A program made the translations under genes and the position numbers. From a virus (lineage: Duplodnaviria > Caudoviricetes): 25,811 nt of DNA. This document shows, piece after piece, positions 9,081-16,143 of this stretch (position 1 is the first letter of the stretch; every line of letters starts with the position of its first letter). Location of the stretch: IMG/VR virus record IMGVR_UViG_3300025117_000213, positions 1 to 25,811 of that record; one strand, written 5' to 3'. The notes under the pieces are model-generated. The model made no database searches. It saw only the letters and a program-made list of their open reading frames with translations, and had not been told where the DNA came from.

Positions 9081-9146
9081 TGACTACCAGGTTTTTTCAA
9101 CCTCTCACTTCCGCAGTGATCGGCGGCTCAATTATTCTGAGCGTCA
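9081..9146 (-). ncRNA. Candidate structured 5' leader RNA of polA
   Basis: Five mutually compatible stems (UGAC/GUCA, GCUCA/UGAGC, GCC/GGU, UCACU/AGUGA, AGGUU/AACCU) between the promoter and the SD. Confidence 0.5.
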
Positions 9147-9160
9147 CTTTATCTTTTTAT

Positions 9161-9188
9161 ATTATACACGTTTCGAACGTTTTGTCAA
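9161..9188 (-). promoter_or_regulatory. Leftward sigma70 promoter PL1
   Basis: TTGACA-16 bp-TATAAT; both hexamers are perfect consensus. Confidence 0.8.
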
Positions 9189-9198
9189 TAGAATTGGT

Positions 9199-9218
9199 AC
9201 CTTACAAATTTGTAAGGT
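9199..9218. promoter_or_regulatory. Perfect 20-bp palindrome, candidate operator
   Basis: ACCTTACAAATTTGTAAGGT equals its own reverse complement and lies between the two leftward promoters. Confidence 0.6.
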
Positions 9219-9251
9219 GTTCATATTCAGTTGTTAATGTGCTAGACTCTT

Positions 9252-9279
9252 ATTATACATAGCAAATTAGTTCTGTCAA
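9252..9279 (-). promoter_or_regulatory. Leftward sigma70 promoter PL2
   Basis: TTGACA-16 bp-TATAAT; both hexamers are perfect consensus. Confidence 0.75.
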
Positions 9280-9294
9280 GAAGCAAATTGCCTA

Positions 9295-9322
9295 TTGACA
9301 AATATATTATTCCTGATATACT
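9295..9322 (+). promoter_or_regulatory. Rightward sigma70 promoter PR
   Basis: TTGACA-16 bp-TATACT with a TGn extended -10, followed by AAGGAG SD at 9330-9335. Confidence 0.75.
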
Positions 9323-9341
9323 TTATCTAAAGGAGAATGCG

Positions 9342-9608
9342 GTGGCTATAAAAGCAAAAGACAAGTGGGCTTGTTCATACTGTGGTAAGCAGTTCAAGAG
9401 ATCAATGGATGCGGATCTTTGTAGAGATAACCATGATCTAGTGTATGTTATGCTTAGTAAAAATGATCTTAATAGGTTAGTTCAGTTTATTTTTCTTCGG
9501 GATGAAGAACTATTAACCCCAACCCTAGTAAAAAGTTTACGATTTTATCTGAAAGGAAATGATAAGAATGATCTGTCCCCAGTGCCAGAAGATTATGGAA
9601 AACTATAA
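9342..9608 (+). CDS. Small zinc-finger protein (C2H2-like spacing)
   Basis: Start moved to GTG 9342 (SD AAGGAG; the track start overlaps the promoter). CSYCGKQFKRSMDADLCRDNH is CX2CX12CX3H. Confidence 0.7.
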   Translation: MAIKAKDKWACSYCGKQFKRSMDADLCRDNHDLVYVMLSKNDLNRLVQFIFLRDEELLTPTLVKSLRFYLKGNDKNDLSPVPEDYGKL

Positions 9609-9780
9609 ATTAGAATTCCTACTTGGAGTAGATAGACCTTATGTGAATATCTATATTCATAAAGAATGCATAAAAATGGTTGGAATTGGGCAATTTGTGG
9701 CACAAAACAAAGAAAAACTGTATAATATCTATAGTGAACAGATCAAGTCAAAGGGAGTAAAAAGTGCCAGAGGAAACTGA
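9559..9780 (+). CDS. Small putative zinc-binding protein
   Basis: CPQC...HKEC; overlaps both neighbours; the start may be ATG 9568. Confidence 0.6.
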   Translation: MIRMICPQCQKIMENYKLEFLLGVDRPYVNIYIHKECIKMVGIGQFVAQNKEKLYNIYSEQIKSKGVKSARGN

Positions 9781-10477
9781 AAAGCATTACACAGATAAAC
9801 GATATTCCAAACGGGTCAGAAATCTCAAACAATATAGAGATCTTTCTGACGTAGAATTTGATGAAAAGATGGCCGAGTATGAAATGAATGCTCAACCGTC
9901 TATGACGTTAGAAAGACGGATTGATGCCAAGCTTTCCTCTTTCACCGAAGACTATGATCTTACTGATCTTAAGATTAATGATCAATTAGTTCTCCGGGCA
10001 CTTATTCAGGCCATTCTTCAGCTTGAAGATCTCGAGCAAGTTAACAATAATATTCGTGGTATGGGCGTATCTTTAGATAATATTACCATACTCCGTGAGT
10101 TGAATAACATGATGTCTTCTCTACGGAAAGATATTTCCTCCATGCAGGAAGATCTTAAAATCACCCGTAGGCACCGTAAAGGTGATAAAGAGCAGAGTGT
10201 TATCAACTATCTTGAGGATCTTAAAATCAAGGCAAAAGAGTTTTACAAATCTCGGATGGCCTACGTTTACTGTCCGGAATGTAAAATGCTTTTAGGTACG
10301 GTGTGGTTTAACTACCCAGAAAGTAAGAAGACGGTTTTGAAATTTAAATGTGAACACGATCTCCCGTCTTCTGATGGTAAAGTTACTAAGTGTGGTACAT
10401 ACGTTGAAGTTACCCCGGTAGAATTAATGGAAAAAGGTGGAACAAATATTACCAATGTCCCAGAAACATTCAAATAA
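9764..10477 (+). CDS. Coiled-coil protein with C-terminal zinc ribbon; candidate terminase small subunit
   Basis: GGGAG SD; long amphipathic helices, then CPEC...C...C. It is the last non-glycan gene upstream of terL; function inferred from position. Confidence 0.4.
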   Translation: MPEETEKHYTDKRYSKRVRNLKQYRDLSDVEFDEKMAEYEMNAQPSMTLERRIDAKLSSFTEDYDLTDLKINDQLVLRALIQAILQLEDLEQVNNNIRGMGVSLDNITILRELNNMMSSLRKDISSMQEDLKITRRHRKGDKEQSVINYLEDLKIKAKEFYKSRMAYVYCPECKMLLGTVWFNYPESKKTVLKFKCEHDLPSSDGKVTKCGTYVEVTPVELMEKGGTNITNVPETFK

Positions 10478-11366
10478 GGTTTTATTCGCTGGTGGGGGGA
10501 GAAGGGTTGCCCTGTCTAAAAGATTTCTCTCTTCTGGCTTTTCCGTAGAAGGATATGAATTAGATCCACGTTGTCCACTAGCTAATGTTGGAACTGTTCA
10601 TAAAGGCTACGCTTGGGGAGATCCGCGTTTCAGAGTTGACTTTCTTAATCTCTTGGAAGTTGGTAATTTTGATCTTGTTATCCCACTTCAAGATGCTGCT
10701 GTAGCTATGCTCTCTTCTTTTGTCTTACCAAATCTAGTGTGTTCAGAAGAAGAAGCAGCGGAGACTTGCTTGGATAAAGGGAAGTTTGAAGATTTTATGT
10801 TACAGAATTTCCCACACATTTATCCAAAAATAGTTCGAAGTAGTTTTCCGGTTATTGCAAAACCGATTCGTGGTTTCGCTTCTCAAGACTTGCATAAGGT
10901 CTACAACTATGATGATCTACAGCACTTTTCTAAGAACCCGAACTATGTTATCCAGAATTTTGTATTTGGTACTGAGTATTCGGTAGATTCTTACTTTAGT
11001 CCTTTAGGTGTTTGGTATGGTTCTGTACCTCGTATTCGTAGCAGGGTTAGTGGTGGAGAAGTAATCTCAAGTGAGACAGTCTCCTTCCCGGAACTTGTTC
11101 ACCTTACAAAGAGAGTGAGTACGCTTATGGGACTTACTGGACCAACTAATACCCAGTTTATTGTTTCCCAAGATGGGGAAATCTTTATGACAGAAATCAA
11201 TGCTCGATTTGGTGGTGGTTGCACTCTTTCAATGGAGGCGGGGTTAGATGTCCTATCCTACTTAAAGATGGATTATTTAGATGGGCCCGAGGTTGATCCC
11301 ATCTTAGGTGGATATAAAGTAGGTTTAAAATTAGAAAGAAGTCACCGTGACCACTTCTTTAACTAG
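10455..11366 (+). CDS. ATP-grasp ligase (carbamoyl-phosphate-synthase-like type found in polysaccharide loci)
   Basis: VLFAGGGRRVAL, TCLDK, FPVIAKPIRGFAS, IQNFVFGTEYSVD, NTQF, EINARFGGG. Start ATG 10455 or GTG 10437. Confidence 0.85.
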   Translation: MSQKHSNKVLFAGGGRRVALSKRFLSSGFSVEGYELDPRCPLANVGTVHKGYAWGDPRFRVDFLNLLEVGNFDLVIPLQDAAVAMLSSFVLPNLVCSEEEAAETCLDKGKFEDFMLQNFPHIYPKIVRSSFPVIAKPIRGFASQDLHKVYNYDDLQHFSKNPNYVIQNFVFGTEYSVDSYFSPLGVWYGSVPRIRSRVSGGEVISSETVSFPELVHLTKRVSTLMGLTGPTNTQFIVSQDGEIFMTEINARFGGGCTLSMEAGLDVLSYLKMDYLDGPEVDPILGGYKVGLKLERSHRDHFFN

Positions 11367-11736
11367 ACCTCTAAAAATTGCTATAGACCTCGACGGAACT
11401 GCTTGGAAACATACTTATTTCTTTTCTGAATTTTGTCAAGCAATGGTCAAGCGAGGTCATCAGGTAGGAATTCTAACCGCCCATTCCCCGGACTTTGCAG
11501 ATTCTGATTATGATCTGTGGAAGAAAAGAGGATTCCCGGAACCAAGTTTTTATATCTGTAATTCAGATAAAGAGTGGATCGGGAATTTAAAAAGAAAAGA
11601 AATGATTAAAAATCATATTGATGTTTTATTTGATGATTTTGGTGGGAATAATACCGCTATAGAAGATACCTTCTTCTCTACTGGGGAAATTAATACGGAT
11701 AAGGTTTTAATTCTAAAGGTTATAGGTAGTGAATAA
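11347..11736 (+). CDS. HAD-superfamily phosphatase (capless)
   Basis: IAIDLDGT motif I, ILTA motif II, K...IDVLFDD motifs III/IV. Confidence 0.8.
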   Translation: MTTSLTRPLKIAIDLDGTAWKHTYFFSEFCQAMVKRGHQVGILTAHSPDFADSDYDLWKKRGFPEPSFYICNSDKEWIGNLKRKEMIKNHIDVLFDDFGGNNTAIEDTFFSTGEINTDKVLILKVIGSE

Positions 11737-12316
11737 TATTTTAGATTTCTCAAATGCAGAATCTTTTTATCGGTTTGGAAGGGAACAGCCCCACTTACAG
11801 ATCTTAGATTACTGTCTTAACAAAGAAAAATTTATGGGGCAAATTTTAGAGTTTGGAATTTGGACTGGTATTTCTACTAACCATATTGCTTCAAAGATTA
11901 AGCCTAGAATTTTACATGCTTTTGATTCCTTTCGCGGTTTACAAGTAGAATGGCGTGGTTTGGAAAAAGATTACTTTGCTCTTAAGGAACAACCAAAATT
12001 AGAAAGTAATGTTAGGTTATATAATGGTTATTTTTCAAGCACCGTCTGGGATTTTCTAAATAATTTAGACACGACTCCTATTTCTTTTATCAATATTGAT
12101 TGTGACTTATATAGTTCTACTGTAGATTTCCTATTCCCCCTAAACGAACTGATTATTCCGGGGACCATCTTATATTTTGATGAGCTGTATGGTTATACTG
12201 GGTATAAAGATCAGGAATATAAGGCACTGGTTGAATTCTGTGATACATATAAAAGAGAGATTCGGACAATAGCATTTAATGATAGTATGGGCGTGGCCGT
12301 GGAGGTTTTAAAGTGA
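11729..12316 (+). CDS. TylF/MycF/NovP-family O-methyltransferase
   Basis: LEFGIWTGIS, AFDSFRGL, GYFSST, INIDCDLYSST, LYFDE. Confidence 0.85.
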   Translation: MNNILDFSNAESFYRFGREQPHLQILDYCLNKEKFMGQILEFGIWTGISTNHIASKIKPRILHAFDSFRGLQVEWRGLEKDYFALKEQPKLESNVRLYNGYFSSTVWDFLNNLDTTPISFINIDCDLYSSTVDFLFPLNELIIPGTILYFDELYGYTGYKDQEYKALVEFCDTYKREIRTIAFNDSMGVAVEVLK

Positions 12317-12624
12317 GTGATACTTTAGGTAGTTTAATTGATAAATTAAATACAGTAGACATGAAGATGTTTGCTACACAAGATGAATTCTATGTAATTC
12401 GGAAATTAAGTTATGAAGAATTTGTAGAACAATTTGCTAGTGACGAAGAAAAACTTAGAAAACTCTATGAAGTATTCCATAGAGGAATTGATTTGAACCT
12501 GCAACGCAATAATCTGATCAAGGAAATTGATGAAAAGCTCGTGGAGATGTTTATGTCCTTCGCACGAGGAGAAGATTTGGATTCTGGCAGATTTATTCAG
12601 AGACCGTATAAGACCTATGGATAG
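12313..12624 (+). CDS. DUF4254/DUF6165-like all-helical protein
   Basis: DTLGSLIDKLxxxxxK and DLNLQRNNLIKEID motifs; GTGA coupling. Confidence 0.55.
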   Translation: MSDTLGSLIDKLNTVDMKMFATQDEFYVIRKLSYEEFVEQFASDEEKLRKLYEVFHRGIDLNLQRNNLIKEIDEKLVEMFMSFARGEDLDSGRFIQRPYKTYG

Positions 12625-13291
12625 TAGGATGATATATCATGGGCATGGGGTTCCCCCATTAGATGAGGTGTTATATACCAATTACTTTCATGATATAGTT
12701 GGAAGTGAGAACGTAGCTATAGAGTGTGGTGCAGCTAATTTCGGGATATCTACTTATATATTCGAGAAATACTTTGGCTGGGCGTGCATGAATTTGGAAG
12801 CATCTAAGTATGCCTTTAAGCAGCTAGAAGAAAATAGAGTTTTAGCTTGTAACTATAATATCGCTCTTTCTAATAAGGATGGTACGGCTATTTTTAGAGA
12901 TATAGTGTCTGCTCCGGGTGGGGGTAATGACAATGGTTCTCTTACACACACAGAGGCCCACCTAAAGGAGTTAAAAGGGTATGGCTGTGTGTTTGATGAG
13001 TATGCCGTTACGACTGTAACCTATAAGACCCTAATCTCGATGCCTGTTAGATTACTTGTGCTTGATATAGAAGGACATGAATTACAAGCTATATGGGGGA
13101 TGTCCGGCTCTGCTTTTCTCCCACAGGTCGTGTGTGTAGAGTACCCCATAAGTGGTTTTGATAATATATTTAATGCTATGACTTCATTAGGATATAAATA
13201 TAATTTTACAAGTTGCAATAATGCTTATTACTCATTTATAGAAAAGGATAGCTGGTTTGGGGCAACAGAAAGAATGAAGGACATACAATGA
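12617..13291 (+). CDS. FkbM-family SAM methyltransferase
   Basis: IECGAANFG, NLEAS, NIALSNKDG, LLVLDIEGHELQAIWG, VCVEY. Start moved to ATG 12617 (8-nt overlap with the upstream stop). Confidence 0.85.
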   Translation: MDSRMIYHGHGVPPLDEVLYTNYFHDIVGSENVAIECGAANFGISTYIFEKYFGWACMNLEASKYAFKQLEENRVLACNYNIALSNKDGTAIFRDIVSAPGGGNDNGSLTHTEAHLKELKGYGCVFDEYAVTTVTYKTLISMPVRLLVLDIEGHELQAIWGMSGSAFLPQVVCVEYPISGFDNIFNAMTSLGYKYNFTSCNNAYYSFIEKDSWFGATERMKDIQ

Positions 13292-14388
13292 TCCCCGTTT
13301 ATAAACCATACTTTTATGGAAATGAAAAGAAATATGTTACCCAAGCGATTGAATCCTCTTGGGTTTCTTCCTCTGGGTATTTCCTCGACAAGGCCGAAGA
13401 AATTCTCAAAGATTATTTAGGTGTTAAATACCTACTCCTGACATCAAACGGAACCACTGCTATGCACTTGGTTGCCCTTGCTCTCCGCGATAAAACGGGT
13501 GCTACTGAAATTATTGCCCCGAATAGCGTTTATGTAGCTGCATGGAATAGCTTACGGTTTACTACACCCTTTTTGATGTACGTTACAGATACAGACTTAG
13601 ATACCTGGAACTACCCAGAAGAAGAACTCCGACAAAATATCTACCGAGCAAATGCTTGCTTAGTAGTACATAATCTAGGAAACATAGTCAACGTTCCTGA
13701 ACTAAAACGAAAATATCCACATATAACCTTTATTGAGGACAGTTGTGAAGGCTTTGGGGGAACCTATGAAGGAAAAAAAGCAGGTACGGAATCTCTAGCT
13801 TCTGCCTATTCGTGGTATGCAAACAAATCCATTACCTCAGGGGAGGGTGGAGCATTTGTTACTAATGATGAGAAGTTATACATTTTAGCAAAGAAACGCC
13901 GGGGACAGGGCCAGTCTGAGACTCGTTTTGTACATGATATTCTAGGGTTTAATTACCGCCTTACAAACTTACAGGCTGCTTTATTAGTAGCTCAATTAGA
14001 GCAGCTTAGTAAAATCCAGGTACTCAAAGAATCTCGATACTTAAACTATAAGGATCTTATCGAATCTATTGGTAATCCTAAATTGGTTATTCAGAAAACA
14101 GCGGAGAATACTACCCATTCCAATTGGATGTTTGGTATAAGAGTTATTGGTAACCCAGGTTATCATGTTGCTGAGAAGTTCTTCCTTGACCGGGATATAG
14201 AAACAAGACCCTTCTTTTATCCTATAAGCTCTCACAAACACCTGAGAGGGTCTGCTAATAACTCCCCAAAAGCAAGTCTTCTACAAAAAGAAATTATTAT
14301 TTTACCGTCCTACCCAGAACTTACTTTTAGGGAACAGCAGTATGTAACCTCAGTCTTAGAAGAGTATGTAGATAAACATGTACCGTGA
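13288..14388 (+). CDS. DegT/DnrJ/EryC1/StrS PLP aminotransferase, GDP-perosamine-synthase-like
   Basis: MIPVYKP...EKKYV...SSWVSSSG, SNGTTAMHL, VHNLG, IEDSCEGFG, SWYANKSITSGEGG (PLP lysine), GFNYRLTNLQAA, IETRPFF, LPSYP. Confidence 0.93.
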   Translation: MIPVYKPYFYGNEKKYVTQAIESSWVSSSGYFLDKAEEILKDYLGVKYLLLTSNGTTAMHLVALALRDKTGATEIIAPNSVYVAAWNSLRFTTPFLMYVTDTDLDTWNYPEEELRQNIYRANACLVVHNLGNIVNVPELKRKYPHITFIEDSCEGFGGTYEGKKAGTESLASAYSWYANKSITSGEGGAFVTNDEKLYILAKKRRGQGQSETRFVHDILGFNYRLTNLQAALLVAQLEQLSKIQVLKESRYLNYKDLIESIGNPKLVIQKTAENTTHSNWMFGIRVIGNPGYHVAEKFFLDRDIETRPFFYPISSHKHLRGSANNSPKASLLQKEIIILPSYPELTFREQQYVTSVLEEYVDKHVP

Positions 14389-15241
14389 AATTTGTTTTTA
14401 TCAGTATTATGGTAACGGTGATTATCATAATTCAAAAGAATTTGTTCGGGAACTTGTACAAGCTTTTCCAGAAACGGGTTTCTTCTATGCTCATTTACAT
14501 AGTCCATATTTAACAGAAGACCTGGATAGAATCCGTTATGCACAACCACAAGAATGGATAATGGAACCATCAAAAGCCTATGTTAAAGGGCAGGCAAGTG
14601 ACCTGTATTTTAATACGTGGCTTGGTTTAGATAGTAGAAACATCTTACCTGGAATTGGGTTAAGTTTAGAAAACTATAGGAAGTATTATGAATATATACT
14701 TAGATCCGCAGGTATCAGTTATAAGTTCTCTGATAATCTTACTAAATATATTCCTCGGATTAACTTTAGTAGACTATACCAGAAATCTATTGTGGATGCG
14801 TTTGTTGACGGGAGAAAGAATATTGTTCTGGTGGCTACCGGGGATGTTTTTTCTGGGCAGGCTAGAAATTTTCCGATGTTACCATTAGTAGAGAGATTAG
14901 CAGTTCAATTTCCCGATAAAGATTTTGTAGTCACTACTCCAATTCAGAATAAATACCCCAATCTTTATAGTACAGTAGATATTTTTGATAGGGCATTTGA
15001 TCTAAATGCTATTGGGTATCTTAGTACCTACTGTGAAACAATTATAGGTAGGGCTTCCGGTCCTTATGTATTTACTCAAATTTATAATAATTTATTTAAT
15101 CCGGATAAAAAATTCTTAGCAATAACAAACCACCGGAACAGTTCACAGATAACGATTGGGCTGACAGTACCAGCTATGCAGTTTTGGCAGAGCGATTCCG
15201 AAGATCCCTACAAAGAGATGGAGACAGTTGTATCAATATGA
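14378..15241 (+). CDS. GT-B glycosyltransferase, GT9-like
   Basis: N-terminal GNGD-helix motif and C-terminal IIGRASGP, resembling the GT9 GD.../xDSGP motifs; located in a glycan cluster. Confidence 0.55.
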   Translation: MYREICFYQYYGNGDYHNSKEFVRELVQAFPETGFFYAHLHSPYLTEDLDRIRYAQPQEWIMEPSKAYVKGQASDLYFNTWLGLDSRNILPGIGLSLENYRKYYEYILRSAGISYKFSDNLTKYIPRINFSRLYQKSIVDAFVDGRKNIVLVATGDVFSGQARNFPMLPLVERLAVQFPDKDFVVTTPIQNKYPNLYSTVDIFDRAFDLNAIGYLSTYCETIIGRASGPYVFTQIYNNLFNPDKKFLAITNHRNSSQITIGLTVPAMQFWQSDSEDPYKEMETVVSI

Positions 15242-16143
15242 AAAAGACAGTTATTGGTATTGTTACTTTTGGAAATTTAGAGTTCACACAGTTAGCGGTA
15301 CAATCAGTTTGGGATACTGTAAAATCTCCGTATAAATTGTGTATTATTGTAGGGAAACCTGGGGATGGTGATACCGCTGGTTGGTGTGCTCGAAATGATA
15401 TTCCTCATATTGTACACAATCAGAACTACGGGTTCCCCTATTCTTTAAATGATCTTTATGATTTTACTTGGGAACACTGGAAATATGATAATCTAGTAAC
15501 AATGGGAAACGACGTCATTGCTTACCCATATGCAATTGATTCCCTAATATCTGTAGAGGAGAAGATAGGCTATGATTGGTTATGTTCACAAGAATATAAT
15601 GTCAAAGCTTTAGTAAAAGATTTCCCTGAAGTAAGACCTCTTTTTAATGGGGAAGATCTAAAATTTGCTTCGTGGAAAGAAAAGCCGTGGGAGCGATTTA
15701 CAGGTTGGAGTGATCAAGTCGGATATGATGTTGGAGGGGGAATGAGTGATACACATAACTTAGCGTTATATACTCGATCTTTCTTCGATCAGGTGGGTTA
15801 TATTGACGTAAATCACTACCCGGCTTATTTTGAAGACAACGATTTAGCACGACGGGCAATCCTTGCTGGAACCAAATCTGCAAAAGTTACAAATTCTTAT
15901 TACTTTCATTTTTGGAGTAGAACTATCAAGCAAGGAAGTGGTGGATCTAATAATAAATTCTTCAACCTAAACCGGAATTACTATATCCGTAAATGGGGAG
16001 GAGATTTTATGAAGGAAAGATTCTCAGTTCCCTTTAATGGGGCTGAAACGGAGATTGGTGGGGTTCGTTTACCAAACTCATATAAAATTGATAGTCGAGA
16101 AGGGGAAGATAAAATCATTGCTTATTGGAGAAGTAAAGCCTAA
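15238..16143 (+). CDS. Glycosyltransferase family 2 (GT-A)
   Basis: VIGIVTFGN, GDGDT, NQNYGFPYSLN, MGNDV, VGYID, AYFEDND, FHFWSRT. Start moved to ATG 15238 (ATGA coupling). Confidence 0.9.
   Translation: MKKTVIGIVTFGNLEFTQLAVQSVWDTVKSPYKLCIIVGKPGDGDTAGWCARNDIPHIVHNQNYGFPYSLNDLYDFTWEHWKYDNLVTMGNDVIAYPYAIDSLISVEEKIGYDWLCSQEYNVKALVKDFPEVRPLFNGEDLKFASWKEKPWERFTGWSDQVGYDVGGGMSDTHNLALYTRSFFDQVGYIDVNHYPAYFEDNDLARRAILAGTKSAKVTNSYYFHFWSRTIKQGSGGSNNKFFNLNRNYYIRKWGGDFMKERFSVPFNGAETEIGGVRLPNSYKIDSREGEDKIIAYWRSKA

Noticed and set aside
9216-9243. Possible dif/Xer site (GGTGTTCATAT...)
   Set aside because: The left part loosely resembles an XerC arm, but there is no TTATGTTAAAT-like XerD arm at 6-bp spacing.
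2479-9262. Short + strand ORFs inside the left arm (e.g. 2479-2763, 5304-5702, 8984-9262)
   Set aside because: They are antisense shadows of well-supported genes or run through promoter elements.
9288-9341. Track start codons at 9288, 12527, 15184 and 22884
   Set aside because: They overlap a promoter, upstream genes or the terminator hairpin; downstream starts have an SD or stop/start coupling.
11101-11110. Half-sites of the palindrome (ACCTTACAAA at ~11101 and ~24039)
   Set aside because: Only one arm is present and they lie inside coding sequence, so they are compatible with chance in AT-rich DNA.
10455-16143. Cassette as a host O-antigen locus at a prophage boundary
   Set aside because: It is flanked on both sides by overlapping phage-type genes and lacks flippase, polymerase, ABC exporter or membrane initiating transferase genes.
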